In this document: positions 11,958 to 26,960 of the stretch, piece after piece
How the letters are laid out: each line of letters starts with the position of its first letter
Numbering within the stretch: the first letter of the stretch is position 1
From: Octopus vulgaris
Lineage: Eukaryota
Assembly: GCA_951406725.2 (NCBI GenBank)
Contig: OX597819.1
Location: 50,592,001 to 50,656,000, forward strand
Direction of reading: 5' to 3'
DNA: 64,000 bases
The notes under the pieces: model-generated
What the model was told of the DNA's origin: nothing
Databases searched by the model: none
Seen by the model: the letters and a program-made list of their open reading frames with translations, nothing else
Position numbers and translations under genes: made by a program

Positions 11958-12685
11958 CTCTAGGCATTATTTTCTTGATTCCTAGGACTCGAAGGTGATC
12001 CAGTTTCCCTGCTGTACAATTGCATGTGATAACAAAATTTCTTCTGTTGCATGGTTTAAATCCTTTACAGCTGAGTGGACAAGGACAACGTGACAGCAAG
12101 TGTTTATGTTCAAGAAGACGATGCAGCGCACGATCTTGTGATCGTCGGCCCACGATCGTAGAACCAGTAGAACACACACCTACACTTCTTTACAAATAAT
12201 GGTAGCAGGTGGACGATAAAATAGCACTGGTTGTATACTGGGGTAGATGTTACTTAAATGGTACTTTACTTTTCTGTGTAACACTCTCATCTCTAAGGTG
12301 ATGACCCCATACGAAAATCAGAAACCATTCTTGTTTGTAGGTTAATGGTATGTCGCTATCGTCTCTCTAGTGAGTAGATGGCGTCACAAGTCTTAAAGAT
12401 TGTGAAAAATTGTTGATCATGGTACATAGAATATGATGTTGGGGAATTTCAAAAATTTTTGAAGAAATGAACTTCAATTTTCTTTCTTTCTTTCTATATT
12501 TGTTTGTTTGTTTGTTTGTTTGTTTCTTTCTTTCTTCCTTTCTTTCTTTCTTTCTATATTTCTTTCGTTCTTTCTTTCTTTCTTTCTTACTTACTTTCTT
12601 TCTTTCGTTTTTCCCTTCTTTCTTCCCTTCGTTTTTCCTTTCTTCTTTCTTTCTTTCTTTTTCTTTCTTTTGTTCTTTCTTCCTT

Positions 12686-12725
<40 letters not shown>

Positions 12726-12772
12726 ACTATCTATCTATCTTTTCTCTTTTTCTTTTTTCCTTTCTTCCTTTT

Positions 12773-12822
<50 letters not shown>

Positions 12823-13206
12823 TTCCTACCTTCCTTTCATTCATTCATTCATTCATTATTTTTTCTTCCTTTATTTCTCTCTTTGTTTCTTTCTTTCCTT
12901 CTTTCTTCTTTTCCTTCTTTTTCTTTCATTATTTTTCTTTTCTTTCATTCCATCAATTTTGCTTTGTTTTCTTACCTTCTTTTCCTTCTTTCTTTCTATG
13001 TCGTTTTCTCCTTCCTTCCTTCCTTCCTTCTTTCATTCATTTTTCATGCATTCCTTCTTTCATTTTCCTTTCATTCTCAGTCTGTCTGTCTGTCTGTCTG
13101 CCTCTGTCTCTCTCTGTCTGTCTGTCTGTCTGCCTCTGTCTCTCTCTGTCTGTCTGTCTCTGGCTCTGTCTGTCAGTGTTTCTGTCTGTCTGTCTGTCTG
13201 TCTCTT

Positions 13207-13264
<58 letters not shown>

Positions 13265-13564
13265 ACCTATTTATTTCATACCTTTTTCTTTTCCGCCTGA
13301 AATCTTTTACCTTCACTTCCATCCTTGTAAGTGTCTGTGTGTCCAAAGAGTTACAAGAGATGTGACAATGATTGCAAACCGTCGTTATACTTTCGATGTT
13401 GATCTGGCGCCTGCGTGATGTGGGGGGGTGGGGGTGGGGGTGGAGAGTTACACAAGATTTGTTTACACTTTTTGCCATTTTAATTCAGAAACTACATTAT
13501 ACATGTAGGCATGTATGTATGTATACTATATGTGTGTGTGTATATATGTATATACATACATACT

Positions 13565-13620
<56 letters not shown>

Positions 13621-13902
13621 AATAAGTATACATACATACATATATATATATATGCATATATATGTATGTATATATATGCACATACACACATACGTATACA
13701 TAGGTGTGTATATATGATACATATATATATGTAATACGTGTATGTACTTTTGCATATTGCTGCTGCTGTTCTTGAGGCCGGTTAAAATGGCGGTTCACGT
13801 ACTACACATAGACATACACATATATGCACATATATTTCTGTACGCATCTATATATATACGTATAAGTAGATACAAACAAACATACATACATACATACATA
13901 CA

Positions 13903-14001
<99 letters not shown>

Positions 14002-14022
14002 TATAAGTGTGTGTGCATATAA

Positions 14023-14067
<45 letters not shown>

Positions 14068-14118
14068 GACATTTACATTCTCACCCACACTTAAATACAT
14101 ACATATACACGTATATAA

Positions 14119-14162
<44 letters not shown>

Positions 14163-14415
14163 GAATGTATGCATACATATATATATATATGCACACACAA
14201 ACACACACACACACACACATACACATACAAATACACACAAACACACACACAAACACACACAGATATATGCATACAGGCGAACTATATGTCGAAAGATTTC
14301 TATACCTATTGACGTAAATACATATATGCATCGCTATATCACAAATGCGCATATGCATACGTTTTCGTGTCTGTTTCTGTGCCATTGTATGTACGTACGT
14401 ATTGGTGTGTGTGTA

Positions 14416-14449
<34 letters not shown>

Positions 14450-14911
14450 TGTTTAAGACGCCATCTTGTTGTTGTTATTGTTGGCAATTACTTTTGAATC
14501 TTGCAGTTTTGGTTCTTTCTTTTCATATTAATATTTTCGCTTTAGTTTTGTCATCGAAATATATTGTTATTACTTCATTTTTAACAAGATCTCACCGACT
14601 GCAATTGTAATGCCAATTCATATATATATATATATATATATACACACTCATATAGACATACAAACATACAAACATACATACATACATATATAAAAATATA
14701 TGTTTGCATGTGTATACACACACATATATATACACATATACGAGTATATATATATATATACTCATATATTCATATACATATATATATATATATGTGTGTG
14801 TATATAAATATATGTTTGTATGTATATATATATATATATTCATATATACATATACATATATATATATATATGTGCGTATATAAATATGTTTGTATGTGTA
14901 TATATGTATAT

Positions 14912-15012
14912 CAGCATCAGGTCAGCCAAGGTGTATACACTCACGGTCTCTCATAAACACACAACAGACATATCGACAGTGCATGATGCACACACATACA
15001 CAAATATATATG

Positions 15013-15054
<42 letters not shown>

Positions 15055-15178
15055 CATACATATATATTTGTGTATGTGTGTGCATGCATGCACGTGTGTC
15101 GATAAGTGTATCTGTTGTGTGTTTAGTGAGAGACCGTGAGTTAGATATATCACCGCCTTGGGCTGACACCTGATGCTG
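14912..15178. repeat. Imperfect fold-back inverted duplication centred on (TA)n
   Basis: Left arm CAGCATCAGGTCAGCCAAGG...CTCACGGTCTCTCA is the reverse complement of right arm TGAGAGACCGTGAG...CCTTGGGCTGACACCTGATGCTG. The left arm carries many small deletions. Confidence 0.85.
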
Positions 15179-15651
15179 TTCTTTAAAACGTTCTTCGTAA
15201 AAGTGAAGCACTTAGGATTCTCTCAACAGAAAGAAAGAGTAGAGGTAGAGTTTGAACAAGTGGAAGAAGCTGGGAGGGAAAAAGACAAATGGAGGAGGTT
15301 TCAGCGACAAACATTAAGACGATCATCAGAAATAAGACGACTTGTACGCTTACACAAGGTACTTAGGTTGTGTGAGTGTGTGTGACTATGTGGTTGTGTT
15401 TGAGCGCATATATGTGTATATGCATACGTATGTCTGTGTGTGCATGTGTGTGTGTGTACGTGCAAGCGTAAGGGCATACAATTATAACTATATATATATA
15501 TATATATATATAAGTATACATTCCTCTATTCATATATGTATATGTTTTATGTATATTTCTGTTGATATATAAATATATATGTATATATATATAATATATA
15601 TGTGTGTACACACACAAATATTTATATACACAAACACATACACGCACCGCC

Positions 15652-15686
<35 letters not shown>

Positions 15687-15764
15687 CATATATACTTCCA
15701 TATTAATAGACACATAAGTATGTATATCCATACATATTTATATGCATAAATACATATGCATATA

Positions 15765-15809
<45 letters not shown>

Positions 15810-16049
15810 AATGTGTGTGTGTATGTATATATACATGGGCACACACACGCGCATATATATCGTTATATGCACTTCGTAGTTTTTCAAGTTTTATACATGT
15901 ATACATGTATATCTGTTTCCGTGTGTTTCTATATAGGTGTTTATGGAGATGTACATGTATGTATGAGTAGCTATGCGTGTGATTCCAAGAAGTCTTTTAT
16001 GCATTTGCGTCGTTTATATATATATACATATACATACATAGATACATAC

Positions 16050-16120
<71 letters not shown>

Positions 16121-16198
16121 TTGCAAACAAGACATATATATATATGTATGTATGTATATATATATGTATATGTATATACTTATGTATATTCATACAAC

Positions 16199-16362
16199 GT
16201 ACTTAAATCTAATTAGCACACTAAAGTAGGAATTTCCTTATGTATATTAAAATACACATTTGGCAGACTTTAAAGGGGCCAAGATGCTTTAATGTCTGCC
16301 AATACGAATTTTAATATGCATAACGAAGCTCCTATTTTAGTTTGCTAATTAGATTGAAATAT
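16199..16362. mobile_element. Palindromic MITE-like hairpin (~165 bp)
   Basis: AATCTAATTAGCA...TTGGCAGAC pairs with GTCTGCCAA...TGCTAATTAGATT around a ~10-nt loop. Confidence 0.65.
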
Positions 16363-16884
16363 GAGATATTTAATATATCTGAATTAGATAATGTATTTGT
16401 ATTTTTGTCTTCTTATATTGAGTTCGTTTTCAATCCTTTGCACTTGGATCGTTTCTTCTACGGCATAGAAATTTTGTTTTATTGAGTATTATGTGTGTGT
16501 GTGTGTGGACGTATGTGTGTGTGTGTGTATGTGTGTGTTTAAATATATGTATATATGCATCTATGCCTACATACATGTTACATATGGATCTATGTATGTA
16601 TCTATCTATCTATCTCCCTATTTATCTATATTTACACACACACACGCGCATGCACACACACACAGACATACACACACACACATATAGATAAATGTATATA
16701 TACGCACATACATGTGTACATATATATATGTATATATACACATACGAAATATATGTCTACATAAAAGGTGTAGATATACATATACAAATATATGCATGCA
16801 TATTGATCTATATGCTTATTTATACACAAACACACACACACACACACATATATATAGATAGATCGATAGATAGATATGTATACG

Positions 16885-16921
<37 letters not shown>

Positions 16922-17019
16922 GTGTGCTTATGTATATTTCTAGATACACAAACATAGTAAGAATACATGTGTGTGTGTGTGTGTGCATATGTGAGCTGTG
17001 GCGGAGGAAGCAGATATAG

Positions 17020-17078
<59 letters not shown>

Positions 17079-17090
17079 TATATGTATATG

Positions 17091-17129
<39 letters not shown>

Positions 17130-17737
17130 ACACACACACACACATATATATATATGTATATATATATATGTGTATGTATAAGAGTTTAAAGTGATATAGC
17201 GGTATGCTGTATTATAGAAGTACTAAAATATATATAACACAGCAATTATAAAACCATAAGTTTTGAAGAATTCTTCGTCGCACATATCAACCATCTCCAC
17301 CGTTTCCACACAAAGAAGTGCCATTACAGAATATTTGATTGTTCTACTTCGCTCTTGAACAAAATCATTTATATTTATATAATTGTTCGGCTGTTTTTCT
17401 TCAAATTTTTGTTATTGTTTTTTTTTTCTATTGTTGCTTTGTATTTTTGTTTTCTTGCTTGCCTCTTTTCTTAGAATTCATCTCGAGATTATGTGATAAA
17501 GGATTTTTGGTGAATTTATTTATTTATTTATTATTTTTTTTGCAAATGACGGCAATTTTATTGTCTGTGATTATTTTCGAGTGGATGTTTCTCTCATAAT
17601 TAAAGATTCATTTCTTTTTAATTGACAGATTTATTTATCCGACTGCCAGGTTGATATTCTCCCTCAGCTATTTTCCTACTTATAAAATTATCCATGCTTT
17701 TAATCATGAACAATGAACACACACACACACACATATG

Positions 17738-17772
<35 letters not shown>

Positions 17773-18236
17773 GCCTACACCGGAACAAACGTAGATACAC
17801 ATCCACACATACACACACACACAGAGTTCCAAACAATCCTCATGTTTTCTCTACCTACCTACCTACCTACCTACCTACCTACCTGTCTGACTGTCTGTCT
17901 GTTTGGGTGTGTGTGTGTGTCTGTCTTTCTTTCTATCTGTTTATCTGTCTGTCTCTCTACACACGCGCAGGTACGCGCGCACACACGCACGTACACATAC
18001 GTATATAATTAAAGGTGAAGCTCCCTACTTTCGAATGGCCATGGTATTGCACATAAAATATCCGGGCAATGTTGTTTTGTGGAAGGCCAGTAGTCGTCCA
18101 TGCATACCAGCCTCTCCTCTCCGTACCACTGATGTTATCCAAGGGAACAGCGAAGGCCGATACAACTTGGCACCAGCGACGTCGTAACTCATTTCTCAGC
18201 TGAGTTAACTGGAGCAACGTGAAATAAAGTGACTTG

Positions 18237-18275
<39 letters not shown>

Positions 18276-18608
18276 CTGGTGGTTAACACATGCTAAGGAC
18301 GGGTAAACACCCAGAATCTCTTGTCCGTGTGTATCACGAAAAGCTAGAGATGGGAGCAATTACCCCCACCTCGCAAATACTAATCGGACACAGGCAATGT
18401 CTTCCTGGGGCTATAAACATCAGTAGCACTGTCCTGTATAGGACGCCATACATAGTTGGTATACATATATACTCACACACGCACTTAAATATTTCATTCA
18501 CCTTTTGTAACGGAATCTTCTCAATAAGACAATCGCCTACCTGCTTTTCTTTGCACTACAACTAAAGGCAGTATTATATATGTATGCACACACAAAAACG
18601 CGTGTATG

Positions 18609-18664
<56 letters not shown>

Positions 18665-18666
<2 letters not shown>

Positions 18667-19840
18667 AGATCGAGGGATAAATTGTCACCATTTTATATTT
18701 TTAACTTCACGCATGCATATTGTCTGTTTTTGATTTTGTCGCCGTCTGTGAGAAAAACAGCACCATGACGCAATTCACTTTGCCAAAATCTGGAAACGAC
18801 ATGCTGTACTGCTTGGCATTCCCACCGGAAGCTCCAATACGAACATTTCAGAGTGTTTGGGTGTCAATTTAAGGGGATAGTGCAAAGGATTCGGAAAGAT
18901 TTGGATGAGTCTAATGGTGATTACGAAGGTACAGCAGCTGAATTTGTTGGTGAGATCCAGGCCATGATTGACAACGATCCCTTCAAGTCAATCAGGTCCA
19001 TCGCCAGAGACATAGGAGTGTGTGAATTTCTTATCGGGCAGGTAGTGCATGAGACATTCAGTATTCCTCATGCAAGACTAGAAAGGGCTAATTTTTTTCC
19101 TTAGCCATCGAGGACAAGAGAAAAGACCACGCTACGAGGTTTTTGAACATACTTTAGTTTTTCTCGGACGAGAACACAGTTGGTGAACACACAGAACAAT
19201 CATTGGCTTGCCGTGTCCCCAAAAGATGTACTGAAAATGATAAAAATCAAGCATCCAGTCAACACCATGGTGTTTGGAGTGATCACTAGTGATGGCGAAG
19301 TTATGCCTCCATTCATCTTTCCACACGGTCTCACACTCAACACCGAGGCCTATATCAAGTTCCTGGAGGAGGTAGTGCTGCCCTGGGTGAAGAGGGTGAC
19401 TGCTGGAATATCCTATGCCTTGCAACAGGACTCTGCACCATGCCACACAAGCAGGGGAACCCATTCATGTCTGTCAAACAATTTTTGCGACTACATCACC
19501 CCTAACAACTGGCCACCTAATTCTCCAGACTGCAATCCCCGTAATTATTAAGTATGGGGCGCATTTGAGCGAGAGACCAACAAAACTCCTTGTAACATCA
19601 AACATGGACTGAAGGCAAGGATTATGTTCCTAAAAGGAGATCGTCCAGAAGAGTAGCAAGAGATACCGAAGTCGTCTCGAGGCAATGGCTGAAACCAATG
19701 ACGATTTTATTGAATAAATTTACTCTTTAGCATTTCAAGATATTTTTATGTAATTTTGGTAGATGTATCTGTTAAAATGAGATGTCAGCACTATTTTCAT
19801 TTTTGCGTAATTTAGACGACAATTTATTCAGCGCACCCTG
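18665..19840 (+). mobile_element. Decayed Tc1/mariner transposon, DD37D (maT) family
   Basis: TA-flanked imperfect TIRs sharing ATAAATTGTC. Fragments FFSDE and QQDSAPCH...WPPNSPDCNPRNY with 37 residues between the second D and the third catalytic position (mutated to N). Frameshifts and stops present. Confidence 0.85.
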
Positions 19841-19846
19841 TATGTA

Positions 19847-19896
<50 letters not shown>

Positions 19897-20084
19897 AATA
19901 CGATGTGTGTATGAAAAGTCTTGAGCCTAAAAAAAAACATGGTACAAGACTTCTGATGAACGTACAAGACTTCAAAGTTCAAAACTTTTCATACACCCTC
20001 GTATGTGTGTGTGTGTGTGTGTGCTTCAGCATGGCCGCAGTCAAATGACTGAAACAAGTAAATGAATAAAAGAATACACACACT

Positions 20085-20163
<79 letters not shown>

Positions 20164-20591
20164 TCATATATAAATATATATCTTGTATTTAGTAAACTTT
20201 CTGTCTGTAGACAGCCTAGTTCAAAATTGCGCGCAGCATTAGTACAGGGCATAAGACCTCATGGAAAATAATTACATTTAAACAGTAGAAGAAGTGGAAG
20301 ACGGTGAGGAAGATAAAATGTTGCGGATGAAAACCTTGTTCTCGTCAACGCTTTTAAGTGTATGCATACCATACTGCAAGTAGAGCACACACGTTTTTTG
20401 TGTTTTTCATTTTTGACTATGGTTTGCAAGTACGACATGCTATGGCCAACGTCAGGTGAACTATTAAATCACATTTGTGGCTTGTTTGAAGTCTCGTTAT
20501 ATGTTCTTACCTTTTGTAATAGATAGATTCTTTACACATGGGAAGTGTTTTGTTCTTTTTTTTTCTTCTTTGCATTATTATGAACGAATAA

Positions 20592-20798
20592 TAAGGTGGT
20601 GAACAGGCAAAGCCGTTAGCACTTTGGATAAACTGATTAGCGGCATTTCTTCCGGAGTAGAGTTCAAATTCCGCCGAGGTCGATCTTGTCTTTCTGCGTT
20701 TCAAATCGATAAAATACATTCCAGTCAAGCACTAGGGTCAATGTAATTGACTAGTACACTCTCCCAAAATGTCATGCCTTGTGACTTTAGTAGGAAGG

Positions 20799-20872
<74 letters not shown>

Positions 20873-21380
20873 CATCATTATTATTATTATCATCATCATT
20901 AAGGTGACGATTGTTACCACGCCGGGTAAAAAGCTTAGCAGCTTCTGTTTCTGAGTTCAAATTCTGTCGAGGTCGACTTTACCGTTCATCCTTTCGGGCT
21001 TGATAAAATAAGTTCTCGCCCTTCTCTACCCGAAAGGGAAACTTTGTCTTTCATTCTTTCGGGATCAATAAATTTAGTACCAGTTGCGTACTGGAAGTCG
21101 ATCTAATCAACTGGCTTCCTCACTAAAAATGTCAGGCCTTGTGCCTAGAGTAGGAAAGGATATTTAGAATCATTAGTGCGTCAGAATAAAAAAAAAGTGC
21201 TTTGTCGTATTTCTTCTGCAAAGCATTACATTCTGAGTTCAAATTCCACCGAGGTCGACTTTACCTTTTTTTTTATTATTTTGGTGGGGTCGATAAAATA
21301 AGTACTAGATGAGCGCTGGAGTAGATGTAATCGGCTTACTTCCACCCTAAAATTGCTGGTCTTCTACAAAAATTAGTAAG
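20592..21380 (+). mobile_element. Cluster of about four older SINE family A copies or fragments
   Basis: Repeated GAGTTCAAATTC...GAGGTCGA...TCGATAAA...AGTAC motifs, interrupted by (ATT)n. Confidence 0.7.
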
Positions 21381-21516
21381 ATGTCAAGGTAACTAATTAA
21401 AGATAATATATGCTATTTTTCATGCCGTCAATACAAATGGATGCCGCTCAGTTTTCTGCGACCAAATGCCTATCACAAGGCAGTTGTCAACCGTTGTGGG
21501 ATCGAACTCAAAACTT

Positions 21517-21732
21517 CAAGGAGGTGCTGAAAATTTATGGCTTTAGGTAAAAGAAAATACAGGGGGATCAGTTAATTATGATTTTATACAATATATTCCC
21601 CTCTCAGATTCCCGCACTCATTGCAGCGTTCCTTCAATTTTTCTAAACCCTGTAAAAGAACTCGGAAGGTCGGGCCTCCAGCCAAGTCTTTCACGGTTTC
21701 CATAAAGTCCGGGACTTTTCAGCACCCCTTCC
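21517..21732 (-). mobile_element. Short non-autonomous mariner derivative
   Basis: TIRs GGTGCTGAAAA / TTTTCAGCACCCC. Reverse-orientation homologue of 41059-41275. Confidence 0.75.
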
Positions 21733-21819
21733 TACATGGTTTTCTGAGACATTGAATGAATAGTTCAAATGAAGTCTGAATGAAGAGTTGGGGTTTGAAC
21801 AAGAGCAAAATACGATACG

Positions 21820-22024
21820 ACTTTACTCTTTACTCTTTTACTTGTTTCAGTCATTTGACTGCGGCCATGCTGGAGCACCGCCTTTAGTCGAGCAAATCGA
21901 CCCCGGGACTTATTCTTTGTAAGCCCAGTACTTATTCTATCGGTCTCTTTTGCCGAACCGCTAAGTTACGGAGACGTAAACACACTAGCATCGGTTGTCA
22001 AGCAATGCTAGGGGGACAAACGCA

Positions 22025-22089
<65 letters not shown>

Positions 22090-22272
22090 ACATATATATA
22101 TATATATATGTATATATATACATATATACGACGGGCTTCTTTTAGTTTCCGTCTACCAAATCCACTCCGGGGCTATAGCAGAAGACACTTGTCCAAGATG
22201 CCACGCAGTGGAACTGAACCCAGAACCATGTGGTTGGTTAGCAAGCTACTTACCACACAGCCACTCCTGCGC
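21820..22272 (-). mobile_element. SINE family B, near full length
   Basis: Reverse complement begins GGCGCAGGAGTGGCTGTGTGGTAAG, has an internal (TA)n/(TG)n tract and ends ...GAAACAAGTAAAAGAGT. Confidence 0.9.
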
Positions 22273-23024
22273 CTACAAAAATCTTGTCATATTTGCCAGA
22301 AACTTATTACATCCATTGTAAGAACCTACACGCTCCTATTTCTAAAGCTAGTCTTGTTTCTTAGCAAGGAATCGATTAAAATTTCTCATAACCTTATCTT
22401 TCAGTTAATAACCGCTGCTAAACACCGTGGCAGTCATATGTGTTTCACACTGTAACATTATATTGTGTAAAACAAGATTAAGAAAGAAAATTATGTTCGT
22501 AAAATATATTTTCTTGTAATGCTCAAACAGCAATCAAATAGTATTAAATATTAAATTAGCACAATTTATTTCAATTATGACTTGAAAAATTCTGTTTTAT
22601 TGGAGCTTATGTTTATGAAAGCGATAACTAAATAGTTCGTGTGCCGTGGTTTTGTTTTTGTTCTTTGTCCCAAAGTGATTCTTATAATGTCTAATATCGC
22701 TTTACATTGAAAATATTAATCGTTAATTTAGTCAAAAATCGAATCAATGTAGAACAGTATTCTACGATGGACATTATATAATATAAAATATTAATTGTAT
22801 TATATATAACAAGAGACAAGTGAACAGTAATCATTATCATTATCATTTGCATACAACTGTTTCTGTTATAAGAAACAGTGTACTAAGAGCTAAGTGTTTG
22901 TGCAACAGCAGATAGCTTCTTCAGAGTCATCATTTGAAATAGCTCTGTGTGCACTGCTTATTATAGCAGCAAAATTAAGACGTAAAAAGTCCGGCACCGG
23001 TTGTCAACCGTTGAGAGAGAAACA

Positions 23025-23087
<63 letters not shown>

Positions 23088-23167
23088 CAACATACACACA
23101 CACACACTACAACATACACACACACACACACACACGCAGAGATACACACATGCACGAATACACATAC

Positions 23168-23361
23168 TCTCTTACTTGTTTCAGTCATTTGACTGCGGCC
23201 ATGCTGGAGCAACGCCTTTTAGTCGAGCAAATCGGCCCAGAACTTATTTTTTGTAAGCCTAGTACTTATTCTATAGATCAATTATGCCGAACCGCTAAGT
23301 TACGGGAACGTAAACACACTAACATCGGCTGTCAAGCGATGTTGGAGGGAAACATAGACAC

Positions 23362-23422
<61 letters not shown>

Positions 23423-23560
23423 TACGACGGGCTTCTTTCAGTTTCCGTCTGCCAAATCCACTCAGAGGGCTTTGGTCGGCCCGAGGCTATAGTAGAAGAC
23501 ATTTGCCGAAGGTGCCACACAGTGGGACTGAACCCGGAACAATGTGGTTGGAAAGCAAGC
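23168..23560 (-). mobile_element. SINE family B
   Basis: Collinear with 21820-22272. Confidence 0.85.
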
Positions 23561-24468
23561 TATTTGTGCGTTGTGTGTATATAAAATATATATGTATATA
23601 TGTACATAACAATATGTATGTGTGCATGCGTTGAGTGTATATACATATATATATATATATATATAAATCATTGAAATTCCATTTCAGTCTGATTTTCACG
23701 TTTTATAATTTGTAATTTTTACAATTTTACAATATTGAAATAAACTAGTACTTTCATGCGTTAGGCAATCATCAGGTCTATGTTGCGGCAGCCGTGTTCC
23801 ACAATTGACAACTGTAGCGAAATGATTGGCTTTATCCTTTAGATATTTTCTTATGGGCTCCAGCAAGCTGAATCTTATGAACTGTATTTTGACCAATCAA
23901 CAGGTGGCTGAGATGTCCTGGATTGGTGAGCGCGCCAACTAAGTTTTAAAGGTATTTCGATCAATTACAATATGGTTTAGACGTCATGGTGGGTACGTCA
24001 AGGATTCTTTACTTTGACCGACCCTAATGAACAATTGTTTGGCTATATTTTGGAATGTCGTAAACAACATTCTCGTTTTCATTGAATTCTATGGTTACTC
24101 CAGAAACTTTTACTTTTCATCCGAGTCGATGTTTATTTCGTCAACACTACTACCAGTGGGGGCGATTGTAGCAGCAGTAGCAGCAGTGATACTTATTTTC
24201 ATTATCACCGTCATTATTATAATCATCCCCGTTACGATAGCTGTCCACTAAGAAAGGGTTCGAATTTGTCAATAAAATTCTCTTCTCTAACTTTCATCTC
24301 AAAATCAATTGAATTATGTAGTTTGTGAAGTGGGAATGTTATAAACTTTTTCTGACCACTTTTTCTGCTAGGTGGTTGCATAAAGGTATTTGACGGACAT
24401 CAGGCTCCCTAACATGCAGTAGGTTCACATATGAATGCTGAGATAATGCATTCCCATTCTGACCAACG

Positions 24469-24543
<75 letters not shown>

Positions 24544-24781
24544 ATATATATATATATATATATGGAGGTGCAATGGCCCAGCGGTATTTCTTTTGCCTTT
24601 GCGTCCTGAGTTCAAATGCCACGGAGGTCGAATTCGCCTTTCTTCCTTTCAGGGACGATAAATAAAGTACCAAGTGAGAGCGCAGACCCTAGTGGTAAGG
24701 CAGTTGCACTTACGATTGCGAAATCGTAGGCTCTTGAGCAAAACATCTCATTTCACTTTGCTCTGACGTGAAGGATACTTA

Positions 24782-25032
24782 CCCAAGGTGCCATGTTGCC
24801 CAAGGTGCCATGTTTCCCCAGGTGCCGTGTTGCCCAAGGTGCCGTGTTGCTCACGGTGCCGTGTTGCTCAAGGTGCCGTGTTGCCAAAGGTGCCGTGTTG
24901 CTCAAGGTGCCGTGTTGCCAAAGGTGCCGTGTTGCCAAAGGTGCCGTGTTGCCCAAGGTTCCGTGTTGTTCCAAGGTGCCGTGTTGCCCAGGGTGCCGTG
25001 TTGCTCAAGGTGCCGTGTTGTCCCAAGGTGCC
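24782..25032. repeat. 17-bp minisatellite, ~14.7 copies, consensus CYMAAGGTGCCGTGTTG
   Basis: Direct tandem units without spacers, continuous on the right with the reverse-complemented SINE B head (GGGACTGAACCC). Confidence 0.95.
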
Positions 25033-26100
25033 TCGTAGCGGGACTGAACCCTAAACCAAGTACTTTCGAAGTGAGCTTCTTAACTACACAACCTTCTTCA
25101 CTTTATATTTATTTGTTTTTTTTGTTTTTTTTTAACTTTCCGTCTTCAATTCTGTTTTCAAGTCACCAAAACTGGAATAAATAAATAAATAAACACACAA
25201 ATGAATATGTAAATAAAAACGATAAAAAAAAACAAAGAAATAAATACTCAGCGATTCACACAAAGAAAGCAAAACCATAAGAAGATAAACAATGCACACC
25301 CCTACACCTCCACCTCTACTGACCCCCCCTCCTCAAAAAAAATTAAGAATAAACCCTAAAAGCAGATATGTGCCAAACACCCCGAGAAGATGAAGTTAAG
25401 TGGGTTGTCAGTGTGTGTGTGTATGTGAGTGTATGAATAGTGTATGTATATATGTATGAGTGTACGCGAGGGTATGTTTGTATGTGTATGTAATGTGCTT
25501 GTTTGTATGTGTTGCGTTTGTTTGCTTGCATGTGTGAGCGTGTGTGGGTATATGTTGTATAGGGATTCGTGTGTTGGTGTGTAATTGGGGGTGAAGATGG
25601 TTACGACGTGGGCGTTATGAGGGTTTAGTTTAGATGAGTGAGTTTAGTTTAGTTCAGCCTAAGCTTTAGTCTATTTTTTTTTTTTTTTTTTTCTACTTTT
25701 TGTCGTTTCTTCTGTGTCTTATTTCTGACAGAATCATTCTCACTAGTTGTCAACATTCCTTTCTCTCACCCCACACCACCCCCACCCCACCCCACCCCAC
25801 TCCCCACAACGCACGCCCCCCTACGCATCCTCCCCACCTCTTCTCTACCCCAGTCTATCTCCCACCACCGGCCCCCTCCATTTTCATCCTGCTCTCTTCT
25901 AGATTTCAACTTTGCTGTCAATTAGCAGATAGCTGTAAGTGAGCCCACTGTTTGATAACGTTTTACGCAGAGGGACCGAGTCTTCTATATACAAAATCTA
26001 TTTTCTTTCTCTCTTTTCTCACACACAGAAGATATTCTGTGACTTGCTGTCTTTAAATGCATACACACGCACACATATATGTATGTACATGCATGAATAC

Positions 26101-26148
<48 letters not shown>

Positions 26149-26382
26149 CGAGACATTTCTCTCGCATAAGTGCATGGATGAATGCATATATGTAGACATA
26201 TATAAACATGAGAATATCTTTTGTTTTGAAGCATGTGTGTGTATACACACACACACACACATGTATATATACATACAAATATATATATATACCACTTGTA
26301 AACAAAAAAATTGCTGTACGTAGCGTTACATTAAATAACGAGTTAAAAACATTATACACACACACACATATATATATACATA

Positions 26383-26446
<64 letters not shown>

Positions 26447-26960
26447 CATATATGAATATATATGACTTAGTTAAAGGAGACTGCTTATAAAAGGCATTGG
26501 CAGCGCCCCCATGCTATTTTCAATCTTATTTAGTACTGTAACTAGGGAGGTTTTTATGAGAGTAATGCAAAAATAAATAAATAAATAAATAAATCATAAA
26601 GATAAAAAAAAAACTTACTTATATTGATGACGGAACGTTATACCATAGTTGATCCCTGCATGCAGTTTATTAGCGCAACCGTAGTAGATAATGAGAACAA
26701 GAAAAGTTGTAGGGCGTCACCATAAGCACAAGAACGCGTTAAATTGTAGCCTTATATTTATGACTTCAGTTGGTGGTATATATTGATGTAACATGTGAAC
26801 ATTGAATGGCTTGCACTTAGGTATATATTCTTCTTGCAGAAAACACTCATGGGATATTTTCGCAATGTCCATAAATAAGGTGTAGAAGTTTGTTTTAGCT
26901 GTTGTTTAACGCCAGCTCAGACCTGAACGAAAAAGACATGATAGCTAAGGTGATCATTCT

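Noticed and set aside
23830-24001. CCAAT boxes and CRE-like ACGTCA motifs suggesting a promoter
   Set aside because: Short motifs expected by chance; no linked transcript evidence.
24782-25032. CRISPR-like array or Cys-rich repeat protein
   Set aside because: Units are contiguous with no unique spacers, derive from a SINE, and the 17-nt period leaves several frames open by chance.
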